From: an uncultured virus (IMG/VR IMGVR_UViG_3300016464_000060)
Lineage: Duplodnaviria; Heunggongvirae; Uroviricota; Caudoviricetes
IMG/VR virus record: IMGVR_UViG_3300016464_000060
Span: 1-64,000 of that record
Reading direction: 5' to 3' (one strand)
DNA: 64,000 nt
The notes beneath the pieces were generated by a model. It searched no databases. It was not told where the DNA came from and saw only the letters and a list, made by a program, of their open reading frames with translations. Position numbers and translations under genes: made by a program. Below are positions 18,930 through 29,018 of this stretch, in pieces. Each line of letters begins with the position of its first letter. Positions within the stretch are counted from its first letter, which is position 1.

Positions 18930-19073
18930 ATGTATTCAATCCATTTCTCACCAGCCGAAGGCTTTCCCGCAACATACACAGTCTGCGTTCAGTTTGACCA
19001 CATCGTTGTGGCGCAGTGCTATTGGGACAAACTCAACAAGAGTGGTTTCCACATGGTGTCCACACGCCCATAA
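18930..19073 (+). CDS. Small hypothetical protein
   Basis: Start reassigned to MYSIHF after CAGGAG RBS. Confidence 0.5.
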   Translation: MYSIHFSPAEGFPATYTVCVQFDHIVVAQCYWDKLNKSGFHMVSTRP

Positions 19074-19167
19074 GCAGTCAACTCTGCAAGCCTAGCGTGC
19101 TAGGTTTGCGGGGCAATATTGCCCGACATCGGGGACAACTGTCCCCATTACTACAAGGAGAAGCATC

Positions 19168-19332
19168 ATGTTCAAACTCGGACAACGCATCAATCCCAAC
19201 GCCCTGTTGGTATTGAACTACAACCTCAAGACCTTGCGTCTTGCGCCCGCCGAACCCAAGACAGGCACAGCCTACGCCATGCCTAAAGACTGGAAGGCAA
19301 TCAAGTCCCAAACCCAACCACTTACCAAGTAA
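19168..19332 (+). CDS. Small hypothetical protein (54 aa)
   Basis: Not in track; AAGGAG RBS, MFKLGQRINPNALL... Confidence 0.55.
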   Translation: MFKLGQRINPNALLVLNYNLKTLRLAPAEPKTGTAYAMPKDWKAIKSQTQPLTK

Positions 19333-19342
19333 GGAGTTCATC

Positions 19343-19537
19343 ATGTTTACTGCAAAAGAAGTTCTAGCCATTGTGTTCATGGCTATGCTCGCCTTCTACG
19401 GCGCAATCATTGGCACTCGCGGGCTCGATGAGTTCGGCACGGGCTGGCTCTGGCTCATCTTGCTATGGACATCAGGCTTAATCGTGGGCTTACTCGTAGG
19501 CTATATCTGCAACAACTGGAGCGATGACCATGCGTAA
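19343..19537 (+). CDS. Small two-TM membrane protein
   Basis: AAGGAG RBS; MFTAKEVLAIVFMAMLAF...WLWLILLW. Confidence 0.6.
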   Translation: MFTAKEVLAIVFMAMLAFYGAIIGTRGLDEFGTGWLWLILLWTSGLIVGLLVGYICNNWSDDHA

Positions 19538-19622
19538 CAACATCCTCTGGGCAATAGGCTCTGTCGCCTTCCAACTCCTGTGCATCTATCTCCTCTCAAC
19601 CCTCATCAAGTAAGGAAACATC

Positions 19623-19859
19623 ATGCGTAAATACCAACAAATTGCCACAGTCGCAAACATACCCACACCCAAAGGCACACTCGTAGTCCAAGACTACTTC
19701 CCCACCAAAGGCAAAGGAGACCCCAAGTGGCGTGAGTATGTGCTCCACCTCGCAGGCTTCATAGGCGGGCAAGGACTGGTATTCACAACCGAGCAAGCCC
19801 GTGACCATTGGATAGCCCAACAAGGCATAACAATGGTGCAACAACCCCTAGTTTGGTAA
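19623..19859 (+). CDS. Hypothetical protein
   Basis: 78 aa with AAGGA RBS. Confidence 0.6.
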   Translation: MRKYQQIATVANIPTPKGTLVVQDYFPTKGKGDPKWREYVLHLAGFIGGQGLVFTTEQARDHWIAQQGITMVQQPLVW

Positions 19860-19912
19860 CAACAATGGGGACAAATGTCCCCGTTACTACTAAAGTATCT
19901 ACTATCCAGCAC

Positions 19913-20204
19913 TATCCATGATTTGACCGACTGGCTACCAACTCAGACACCCCGCAACCCGCATGAACATTAGCATCCGCCAAAAACTGTCCTTAATATA
20001 TATCTTTTTATTTTATTTATATATATATATAGGGGTATTTATATATATGTGTTTATTTTTATTTTTTAAAGACTTACTTTTGTGGCTTTAGTTTAAGCAC
20101 ATGGTAAAAAATGATAGACACCAAGGACAGTTTTGCTCCATCGCTAGTGTTCATGCGGGCTCCGACATGTCCAAGTTGGTAGCCAGTTGGTTGAATCATG
20201 GATA
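19913..20204. other. Candidate replication origin: AT-rich core between 82-bp imperfect inverted arms
   Basis: Left arm 19913-19994, right arm 20123-20204, core 19995-20122 with (TA)n and T runs. Confidence 0.6.
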
Positions 20205-20249
20205 CTTCATGCTAAAATGTCTGACCTTTAACTGCTAGGAAGATTAATC

Positions 20250-20963
20250 ATGCGTTTGCGATACAGACATTACATGCACATCACAGAAAACGAACTCATC
20301 AATCGTTTACAAAAGCGAAAACTCCACCCCTCTGCACGCGCAGAGATTATTCGCATTGTTGCCGAACAAAAGCACCAACTTCGTGTCGAGCGTGGGAGGA
20401 ATCACCAACACACACGGATGTGGGAAGAACTAATGACTCCGCTAAAGTATGAGCGCAAGCAAGTTGCGTCTCTTTTGAATTACAACGGCGGTGCTGAGCG
20501 TGACTTGGCATTGCGTAAATATTGGGCGCTTCTTGATGCCACGATTGGCAAGATGACGCTGGCTCAGCGTGCGCGTGAGTTCACGCCGTATCAGATAGCC
20601 GAGGCGATGAATCGCCCGAACAAGGGCGTGCATTGGACAGACTGGATTACGCCCACGAAAAAGTTAGAAATAACTGCGCTCTTTGATGCGATACCGCACA
20701 AACCCAAGGCAAAGAAGAAACTGCCGTTCGAGCGCACGATACCCAAGACCCTGTGGGCGAAACTGCACACACGCCTACTCATACGCACACAAAAGGAACT
20801 TGAGGTGGCTAAACAAAAACTCAACGCCTCTCGTATCGAGGGCAAAGCAGACCTTATAGAGCACAGACAACTGACTGTGTCTAACATTGAACAAGCATTG
20901 GTGTGGATAAGAGACACCAAGGAGGGCGTAGCCCTGCCCGTCACATGGCATGGATTTTTTTAA
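20250..20963 (+). CDS. Hypothetical basic helical protein
   Basis: 237 aa with AGGAAG RBS, adjacent to origin-like element. Confidence 0.7.
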   Translation: MRLRYRHYMHITENELINRLQKRKLHPSARAEIIRIVAEQKHQLRVERGRNHQHTRMWEELMTPLKYERKQVASLLNYNGGAERDLALRKYWALLDATIGKMTLAQRAREFTPYQIAEAMNRPNKGVHWTDWITPTKKLEITALFDAIPHKPKAKKKLPFERTIPKTLWAKLHTRLLIRTQKELEVAKQKLNASRIEGKADLIEHRQLTVSNIEQALVWIRDTKEGVALPVTWHGFF

Positions 20964-20981
20964 ACAACAAGGAGGAATGGT

Positions 20982-21236
20982 ATGCATGGAAGTAAAGCAG
21001 AGTTCGTTAAATACATCCACAGTTTTTATGGCAAAGGCGGGTTATACCCGCACAAGCGTGAAGGCAAGTGTTTAACCAAGAGAGATATCAGCATCACGCT
21101 GGACTTAGGGCGTGTGCTTATGAGCAAGCACAAACACACATGGGCAGGGGGTGACACATGTGACCGAGAGTTCTTGCGTGACGAGTTGTATCAAAGAGTC
21201 ATGGGCTTTAAGCCCGTAAACAACCAGTGTTTGTAA
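20982..21236 (+). CDS. Hypothetical protein
   Basis: 84 aa, AAGGAGG RBS. Confidence 0.65.
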   Translation: MHGSKAEFVKYIHSFYGKGGLYPHKREGKCLTKRDISITLDLGRVLMSKHKHTWAGGDTCDREFLRDELYQRVMGFKPVNNQCL

Positions 21237-21331
21237 ATTTTTAACGGGGACATTTGTCCCCATTCGGTAAACAGCATTATGTTGGGCGATGCCGTTTACC
21301 TTCCCGAAACTAGCCCACAAGGAGAAAGCAA

Positions 21332-21574
21332 ATGTTAAAAGTCTTATTCAAAGTTAAGTGCATAGACGCTAGTGACAGTTATGACTATTTGGAATTGGGG
21401 CAGGTGTATGGCGTGAGTCGTGTCAGCGCACCCAACACCATCGGTCTTGTCAACACGCGTGGCAAAGACAAGGGAGAAATAACACCCAACGAAGAAGAGG
21501 TGTATTACATCGAGGGCATGCCCGCCGAATGGGATGCCAGCCGTTTTGAAATTGTTGAAGGAGAGACAGTATGA
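21332..21574 (+). CDS. Hypothetical protein
   Basis: 80 aa; KVKCID...LELGQVY...ASRFEIV. Confidence 0.65.
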   Translation: MLKVLFKVKCIDASDSYDYLELGQVYGVSRVSAPNTIGLVNTRGKDKGEITPNEEEVYYIEGMPAEWDASRFEIVEGETV

Positions 21575-21909
21575 AACAAAGCACATATGACTTAGTAGGA
21601 CACGCCCTTGACTGGGCGGTAGTCAAGGCTCTTACATGGAGTCAAGCGTTCATCAAATTAAATTACCAAAATGGTTTCCATCCTTCAACCAACTGGGCGC
21701 AAGGTGGCGTAATCATCGAGCGTGAGTGCATATCCATCGAACACAAAACAGGCACAGATTGGTGGGTTGCCACTCGCATCGAAGGCTCAGCAGTTTCTGA
21801 AGAATATGGTAGGACGCCACTCGTCGCAGCGATGCGCTGTTATGTAGCAAGCAAGTTAGGTGACACAGTAGATATTCCCGATGAACTTTTAACAAAGGAA
21901 ACAATATGA
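21571..21909 (+). CDS. NinX/DUF2591-like phage protein
   Basis: ALDWAV...PSTNWAQGGVIIERE...TPLVAAMRCYVAS. Confidence 0.7.
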   Translation: MKQSTYDLVGHALDWAVVKALTWSQAFIKLNYQNGFHPSTNWAQGGVIIERECISIEHKTGTDWWVATRIEGSAVSEEYGRTPLVAAMRCYVASKLGDTVDIPDELLTKETI

Positions 21910-22895
21910 AAGCGCAAGTAGTAATAGTTGAGGGGTATTGGAAAGATACCCGTGAGAGTTTTGAGAAGCGTTGTGTCGTCATGCCCAAACAGGCAAGCGA
22001 CTCTATGCGTGATGAGATTCTTGACGATGTAGGCAAGGATATTTTTTATGTGTTCGAGGAAGGCGAACAAATCTTAGGCGCGCACTATGACTTTGTCATT
22101 GTGTTCTATCACCCAGTCCGTGAAATTGAATTAGGAGAAGTGCAATGACATATGCAGACCAGGTAATGGCGTGGAAACAAAACGCACCAGTAGTCAAGAT
22201 TCCTATCGGGCGTTACACGCTGACTTATAGGTATGGGTGCAGTTACGAATCAAACTGGGAAGATTGTTGGGTGTGTTTAGAAAGTGCAATGTATGACCTC
22301 GATTGGGACGACACGCCTGAGTCTAAATACTTTGATGAGATAGATGCGTCAATTAAATCCAGTATTCACGACATCGCGTATGTCGACAAGTTATTGGAAG
22401 CAATTAAAAAGAAACCATTTCAAGGAGCGACAGTATGAAACACAAAACAAACATTGAACTCGTAACCGAGATGATGTCTTACAGCAAACAAGGCGTGCTC
22501 ATGCAAGCCTTCATCATTGAGTCAATAGCCAACTATGCAGAGCGTGTTAAGAGCGCACTCAAGGATGCTAAAGATGAGAACGCCTTTATCAGTCCCCACG
22601 CATGGCTTGCCTGTGCTGAGGAAGCACTCGATGCAATCAACAACCGCAATAAGGAGACAGTATGAAAGTAAAAGCAAAAGGTATTCGTGTGCACATCGTG
22701 TTGGAGTTTGACAATGTCGATAACCCTGACTGCGATGAAGCAGACGCAATAACACACAACATCACCGCATCGACTGACTGGTTATCCGATGAGTTAAACG
22801 CAAGCCGATGCTATGTGAATGATGTGACAGAAACGCTATGGGTTGACGACCCCGACAACGAAGTTTTATATCCAAAGGAGGACACCAACGCATAA
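21906..22895 (+). CDS. Four translationally coupled hypothetical genes (21906-22148, 22145-22438, 22435-22665, 22662-22895)
   Basis: ATGA start/stop overlaps, purine-rich RBSs, 76-97 aa. Confidence 0.65.
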
Positions 22896-22963
22896 CCAAA
22901 GGGGTAGGCATACCCCATTCATCGGGGACATCTGTCCCCATTCATTCAATCAGGAGATATTAA

Positions 22964-24679
22964 ATGAAACTTTTCTATGTAACTTTCCGTGACCAAAATG
23001 ACGAGCAAACAGAACGCGTCATCATCGGTCAAATCGGTCATCGTTTCTCATACACACGCATCATGCCTACTTGTCATCATGGCGTGTTCAGTGAGAGTAT
23101 CCACAATCCACCACGCTTTACGCGTTACTTCGAGACACGCCATCGTGCAGTGCTCGGGTGCAGGACTGCTGAAGAGGTAGTCATGTGTTTGAACGACCCA
23201 TACCCCAAGTCGCTCATCGTCACGCAGTTCACGCCTGAGCAAGCCAAGTCTTTGCGCACTGTCGGTATTGAGATGTATAAAGAGATAATTTATGCGTTCT
23301 ATCAAGCGTGTAACAACGGCAACTCAAACCGCATCTACAGCAACATGGTGTTTAGACTTAATGCTAAGCAACACCAGCGCGAATACTTTGACTGGCATGG
23401 CAACAATGTGTATCCGCAAAACTACATGGCAATTCGTGCGTTGTATCGTGACCTCGGTGCGTTAGTTGCCCAAGTCGAGCAAGATGGTGACAGCACGCCA
23501 GTCGATGAGTTCCTCATGGACAGATGCGACAGGGCAGGGGTCGATGCCGTTGCGTTGTATGACAGCATCAGCAGTAAAGTCAATCTCGGTCTGACGCATT
23601 GCGACTGCGGGCATCTTGAGTATGACCACAACACAGAAAATGTGCGCAGTGACACATGGTGTCGTCAATGCTTCGAGGATGACGCTGTGTATGTCGAGAA
23701 TCGTGACGAGTATTGGTCACGAGACGATGCGTATTACCACGAGCGCGATGGTTGCTATTACTCGTATGATGAGGATGAGTATGACGAGGATGACGACAGT
23801 CAAGACTCCGATGGACTCATGTCTTACAGCACCAATGTGCTCAACTTTCTCAGCAAGGACTTGACCATCCAGTCGTCTCCGCATGGTGACTTCCTCATGG
23901 GTATCGAGTTCGAGATGGAGACTACAGACGGACACTATGTCAACGATGCAGTCGAGGATGTGCGTGCCCAACTGGGCGAAGAGTATTGCGTGTGTAAGTC
24001 TGACGGCTCGCTGGGTCATCTTGGCTTAGAGATTGTTACTGCCCCGCGTGGTCTTGCCGAGCACATCAGACGCTTCAAGGGCTGGGATGTCAAGTCGCAC
24101 TATCGTGCATGGGATACCAAGCGTTGCGGTCTGCATGTGCACATCGACTCTCGTGCGTTCACGCAGATGACTCTCGGCAAGTTCATCATGCTCATCAACA
24201 GCGATACCAATGTCGAGTTCATACGCAAGATTGCAGGTCGTCATCCACACACCGATGACCAAGCCCGCAGTTACTGCGCGTCCGAGCGCCAAGAGGTTGT
24301 TGTCAATCCCAAGAAGGCAGTCAAGGACAAGTCGCATGAGCGCTATCGCATGGTCAATCTGCAGAACTTGAGCGCTAGAGAGTCCAAGCGTTTGACTAGC
24401 ACCACCGCATATGGCGGTCGCTATGACACTGTCGAGTTGCGTATCTTTCGCGCATCTCTCAGCAAGACGCGTATGTTGGCGCAGATAGAGTTCACCCATG
24501 CGTGTGTGTGCTTCTGTCGTGTCGCATCGTGGCGTGACCTCAATCAAATCAGTTTCGTCAAGTATCTCAAGACTGTCTCCAGTCAGTATCCCAACCTTGC
24601 CGATTGGTATGGCGTGCGTAGACGCTCAGCCAAGGTTACTGCCGAGTCACAGTGCCGTGACGCAGTCGAGTCCGTTTAA
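22964..24679 (+). CDS. Putative amidoligase (COOH-NH2 ligase, glutamate-cysteine ligase-like fold) with Cys-rich and acidic N-terminal part
   Basis: MGIEFE, KSDGSL, LEIVT, CGLHVHI, RYRMVN, TVELRIF motifs. Confidence 0.85.
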   Translation: MKLFYVTFRDQNDEQTERVIIGQIGHRFSYTRIMPTCHHGVFSESIHNPPRFTRYFETRHRAVLGCRTAEEVVMCLNDPYPKSLIVTQFTPEQAKSLRTVGIEMYKEIIYAFYQACNNGNSNRIYSNMVFRLNAKQHQREYFDWHGNNVYPQNYMAIRALYRDLGALVAQVEQDGDSTPVDEFLMDRCDRAGVDAVALYDSISSKVNLGLTHCDCGHLEYDHNTENVRSDTWCRQCFEDDAVYVENRDEYWSRDDAYYHERDGCYYSYDEDEYDEDDDSQDSDGLMSYSTNVLNFLSKDLTIQSSPHGDFLMGIEFEMETTDGHYVNDAVEDVRAQLGEEYCVCKSDGSLGHLGLEIVTAPRGLAEHIRRFKGWDVKSHYRAWDTKRCGLHVHIDSRAFTQMTLGKFIMLINSDTNVEFIRKIAGRHPHTDDQARSYCASERQEVVVNPKKAVKDKSHERYRMVNLQNLSARESKRLTSTTAYGGRYDTVELRIFRASLSKTRMLAQIEFTHACVCFCRVASWRDLNQISFVKYLKTVSSQYPNLADWYGVRRRSAKVTAESQCRDAVESV

Positions 24680-24706
24680 TTTCAATAACCATCAGGAGTA
24701 TTTATT

Positions 24707-25792
24707 ATGTGTTTAATCATTACAGGTCAGTCATCCAAGATTCGTTCAACTCTGCTCGACACAGCAGGTATGCTCGGCGAAATCTATTCATCCAACCCCG
24801 ATGGTATTGGCATCATGTATGCAACAGCCAAGGGACTCAAAGTTGTCAAGACACTCCCCAAGAATGTCAACGATGCCACAGCGTTCATCCGCAAGTTACC
24901 TAGTGACGAGCGCGAACTTGCTATCCACTTCCGTTGGACTACGCATGGCGACACCGACATGCTCAACTGCCATCCATACGATGTCGTCACGGGCTATGTT
25001 GCGATGATGCACAACGGCGTGTTGCATACGGGTAATAGTGCAGACACTTCCAAGTCTGACACTTGGCACTTCATCAATGACTATCTCAAAGATGCTGTGC
25101 ATGACGCGCCCAATCTCGTGCATACCGAGGGCTTCCTCACCTTGCTTGCTGACTTCATCGGTGACAACCGCTTCGTGTTCATGGACGGCGATGGGCGTAT
25201 GTCTCATGTCAACTATGACCAAGGCATCGAGCACGATGGTCTGTGGTTCAGCAACACATATGCATGGAAGCCAGCGACTCTCATCCCCAACTACTACAAG
25301 TCCAGCAAGCACTACAACTATGCCAACTACAACAGCGCATACAACAACTACATGGACGATGAGTGGGAGATGGAGACATGGAACAACTCGTTCGCAAGCA
25401 AGTCTCTCGACTACAAGCCTGTGTCTGCGCATAGCGCACAGTGGCAAGACGATGACTATGAGGACGCTGTTACATCTGCCGAGATGTGCCAAGCACTCAA
25501 CGAGTGCGATGTCGATACTGTCGAGTCATACCTTGAGACCTTCCCTATCACATTCATCAACACCGTCTACAACGAGATGTCGCCCATCGCCACACGCTAC
25601 ACAACCATCAATGACCTAGTGAGTTACGAGCAAGATGTCTACAAGGCGTTGCTTGACTGTGACCTCGCTGCGTTGCATGACTTCGTGCGTGACGGCAAGT
25701 CTGCGTCCGTTGTAGCCGAGGTGATGTGCTACTACATGGAGTGGTATTACAAGAACGAGACAACTCGCCCTCTGTTGCCCGCCATGATGTAA
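24707..25792 (+). CDS. Class II (Ntn) glutamine amidotransferase
   Basis: N-terminal MC, NPDGIG, HFRWTTHG, NCHPY, MMHNG, SDT. Confidence 0.9.
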   Translation: MCLIITGQSSKIRSTLLDTAGMLGEIYSSNPDGIGIMYATAKGLKVVKTLPKNVNDATAFIRKLPSDERELAIHFRWTTHGDTDMLNCHPYDVVTGYVAMMHNGVLHTGNSADTSKSDTWHFINDYLKDAVHDAPNLVHTEGFLTLLADFIGDNRFVFMDGDGRMSHVNYDQGIEHDGLWFSNTYAWKPATLIPNYYKSSKHYNYANYNSAYNNYMDDEWEMETWNNSFASKSLDYKPVSAHSAQWQDDDYEDAVTSAEMCQALNECDVDTVESYLETFPITFINTVYNEMSPIATRYTTINDLVSYEQDVYKALLDCDLAALHDFVRDGKSASVVAEVMCYYMEWYYKNETTRPLLPAMM

Positions 25793-25810
25793 ACGACCAG
25801 TGTTAGTGCT

Positions 25811-25841
25811 GAATGGGGTGGGTTCACCCCATTCGTTTTTT
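25811..25841 (+). terminator. Intrinsic terminator after amidotransferase
   Basis: GAATGGGGTG-GGTT-CACCCCATTC then GTTTTTT. Confidence 0.7.
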
Positions 25842-25860
25842 AAACCAAAGGAGAAAGCAA

Positions 25861-27684
25861 ATGAAAAAGTATCAGATACAGGTGCGCCTGTCTTACTATG
25901 TTTGGGTGGATGTTGAAGCAGAGCACGAGCACTCTGCCGTAGACCAAGCCGTTCGCAAAGCATGGTTCGAAATGGACAAACAACGCGGGTGCTGGGGCGA
26001 AGAGCCCAAGGTGCTAGACATAATCGTTAAACCAGAGGAGAAAGCAAATGCGTAAGAGAACTATAACGGTATCAGAACTAATTGAGGTTCTAAAAGAAAT
26101 GCCACAAGACCATGAAGTCTATTGGCATGGAGAAAACAAACGCATAAAGATAAGTGATGTTGTAGATGTGGGTGATGTAGTGGACTTGTATAACTATGAA
26201 GGAGAAAGCAAATGTATGAAGTAATTAAAACCAATGATGGGTTCATGGTGCGTGACAAACACACAGGGGAATATGCCCATGACGAGAACGGGGATAACTT
26301 GTTTGACTCAGAGGAAGAAGCAAAGAAGTTGTTGCTGATAACGCGTATGCGTGTCGCAATAGACCAGTTATTTGAAACAGTGGAAGAGGGGGATGCAGAT
26401 TCTGTGGCGCACTTAGCCTTGAGATTTAAACGACTGTTTGGAACTAAGGAGAAAGCAAATGAGTGACTTAGACATACTGATACAAGAGATAGCACGCATA
26501 GCCCTTGAAGACAGCTATACGCTGAGACGCATAGGGCATGAGTTAGATGTAAGTGATGAAGAACTACAACGAGTTGCGCAATACCTCAACGCATTATTAG
26601 AAGGAGAAAGCAAATGAACGAGAAAGAAATTAAAGCGTTAGATGCAGTGGTTAACTGGGTGCTAAGAGAAGAGCCCGAAGAGGCTAGTAGTGAGCACATA
26701 TACAACCATGCACAGACACTTAAAACATTTTTAGCCATGAAATCAATGACTAAAGACGAACGCCTAGCGCGTGTGTGCGACTTACTTTTTAAACTAAACA
26801 GAGAGGAGATATTGCGAGACGGGGACTGGTGGTATGGCACAGACAACTATGACTTTAATTTCTTTGATTGGGAAGGAACGCCATACCATATAAATGTGAC
26901 TGTGTATGACACAACGCGCAAGGATTTCCAATACTCAGAAGAGCAACAAGTTTTTAGTAAAAAGATTTTTATAGAGGGAAGAATATGAAACGATTGATAG
27001 ACATTATTGGACGCGCATACGACTTGAGTGTGCAAGTGCAAGACGACAAGATAGACCCCGCATTAGCCGAAGAGGTATCGAGCGAGTGTGCCGAATTCTT
27101 GGCGATATGGGACGAGGACTGGGGTGCGTTTGACTCTATGGATAGCGTAGACCAAGAGTTGTGGCGCATGATTACGCAAATTAAACAAGGAGCAAAAGCA
27201 TGAGTTTCATAACCAAGATAGAGCAAGAGTATCCTGACTTTTATGTGTTGCACATGGAAGATGGGCGAGTGATAGGTATCACAAGTGAGTGCATCGTTGT
27301 CTATGAAAACATAGACGATGTGTTTGAGGGGGGTCTTAAAGACAGACCCACAATAAATTTAATCAAGGAGGAAACAGAATGACAGATAAAACATATAACG
27401 GATGGACTAACTACGCCACATGGCGTGTGAACTTGGAGATATTTGATGGGCATCCCTTGTCGGACTTCCCGTTTGACCAAGGTGCGTCTGATGAACCCGA
27501 ACTCATAGACCCCTACGAGTTAAGCCTTGCACTCAAAGATTATGTGGAGAACTACATCTATGGTGCGGGTGGGGGCAATGGCAACATTGCCGTGGACTAC
27601 GCGCTTGCGTTCATATCAGATGTGAATTGGTATGAAATTGCCACACACATGATTGAAGACGCTGTCGAGGAGAGTAGCCACTAA
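25861..27684 (+). CDS. Run of small hypothetical genes (25861-26055, 26048-26224, 26212-26466, 26459-26617, 26614-26988, 26985-27203, 27200-27382, 27379-27684)
   Basis: Overlapping starts and stops; 26048 (MRKRTITVSELIE) and 26459 (MSDLDILIQE) translated by hand; the last has the phage motif YNGWTNYATWRVNL. Confidence 0.7.
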
Positions 27685-27686
27685 CT

Positions 27687-27725
27687 TGTCAATCGTTTGA
27701 CAGAAAGTGAGAATCGAGATATGCT
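27687..27725 (+). promoter_or_regulatory. Sigma70 promoter overlapped by palindrome family B copy 2
   Basis: TGTCAATCGTTTGACA; TTGACA (27697)-17 bp-TATGCT (27720). Confidence 0.7.
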
Positions 27726-27746
27726 TAGACACAAAGGAGAAAGCAA

Positions 27747-28307
27747 ATGCCAGATATAAAAACTGCGCTAACAAATGTTCTCTCGCAATGGGAACAAGAC
27801 GAGAAAAAACAAATCACTAAACAACAGGAGAAGCCAATGGCTAAACACTTATTCACCACCACAAACAATGTCTCACGCGAGACCTTTAACTACATCAAAG
27901 CAAACCCCAACAAAACCACAGCAGAAGTGGCAAAAGCCTTAGAAAAGAAAGGATTCAAGGAAGGTTCAGTCACATCCATCTGCGCTCAGTTATCCAAGCA
28001 AGGGCAAGTGTTAAAGGATGGCTACACGAAGCGCTTGGTGGCCATAGGTAGCGAGTATCAACCACTCAAAGCAGCCAAACACTTCAAGACAACTACACCC
28101 CCCACACGCAAGGTTATTAAGATAACTAAGCGCGAGAAGACTATGCAAGATGCTGGCCTTGCCGCTATTGCCCCACAAGAGCAAGCCGTTCGTAGGGCAG
28201 CGCTGATACTATTAGATGACTTCGACCCGCATGACCTTGTGAATAAACTCTCCGTCATGCAAGCCCGTCAGTTGTATGACTTACTCAAACAAATCTTCGG
28301 AGGCTAA
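27747..28307 (+). CDS. Hypothetical protein, possible winged-helix DNA-binding
   Basis: FNYIKANPNKTTAEVAKAL...SVTSICAQLSKQGQV; second RBS/ATG at 27837. Confidence 0.6.
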   Translation: MPDIKTALTNVLSQWEQDEKKQITKQQEKPMAKHLFTTTNNVSRETFNYIKANPNKTTAEVAKALEKKGFKEGSVTSICAQLSKQGQVLKDGYTKRLVAIGSEYQPLKAAKHFKTTTPPTRKVIKITKREKTMQDAGLAAIAPQEQAVRRAALILLDDFDPHDLVNKLSVMQARQLYDLLKQIFGG

Positions 28308-28310
28308 GAC

Positions 28311-29018
28311 ATGATGCAGACACAAGTAGCAGAGGGTCATCCAACCACACGCGTGTTCCCGCGCACACTCCAGGAAGCCTATCCAAAACATTACGTCAAT
28401 GAAGGCGTGTTCGAGGGACCCTATCGTGACCCACACCTCAGTGACTTCGCCATCCTGTGCGCGTTGATCGCCATCGTTGGGTTTTTCTTTTATATGTTTA
28501 GCAAATACATTTGGGGGTGATATGGATAAAGATAAAGCAGCGTTCCCTCTGCATGATGCAGGACACGGAAGCGCCTTCGACAAAGGCATGACATTGCGTG
28601 ATTATTTTGCGGCAAAGGCTATGCAAGGTATGTTTGCAAACCCAGACGATAGTCATGAACAATATGATTTAAATTATAAAGACTACACAGAAGAAATTGC
28701 TCGATGCGCTTATTGCATGGCAGACGCAATGATGAAAGCGAGGGAAGCATGACAGACGAGGATGAAGAGTTCAACCGCATCGAGCGGGAGTCCCACATCA
28801 AAAAAGAGTATGTGCGGGACATTCAAAAGCGAATGGATGAACTAGCCGTTGCCCGTGTGTTGGTGCGCGAGTTAGGTGACCGACTGTCTCGCCTTGAGGC
28901 GGGGCATACCCGCAATGATGTTATTGAGGAAGTGGCTAAAGAGATAGAGAAGTTCACCGCATTCGGTACGGACACGGTGCAGAGTTTCGCTGTTTACATC
29001 AGGGGGATGAAGACATGA
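28311..29018 (+). CDS. Three small hypothetical genes (28311-28520, 28522-28752, 28749-29018)
   Basis: 28522 carries the common phage motif AFP...GMTLRDYFAAKAMQG. Confidence 0.65.

Larger units (their letters stand above)
18410..22939. repeat. Palindrome family A: six dispersed copies of GGGGACA-NN-TGTCCCC
   Basis: Copies at 18410-18425, 18844-18859, 19131-19146, 19867-19882, 21246-21261, 22924-22939, all intergenic; variant GGGGTA-GGCA-TACCCC at 22901-22916. Confidence 0.9.
21321..27749 (+). repeat. Seven identical 14-nt start-associated sequences GGAGAAAGCAAATG
   Basis: At 21321, 25850, 26037, 26201, 26448, 26603, 27736; each ends in the ATG of a small gene. Confidence 0.9.

Noticed and set aside
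18874..19110. Hairpins GCGGGAG/CTCCCGC and GCAAGCCTAGC/GCTAGGTTTGC
   Set aside because: Real inverted repeats, but without U-tracts or further copies no function can be assigned.
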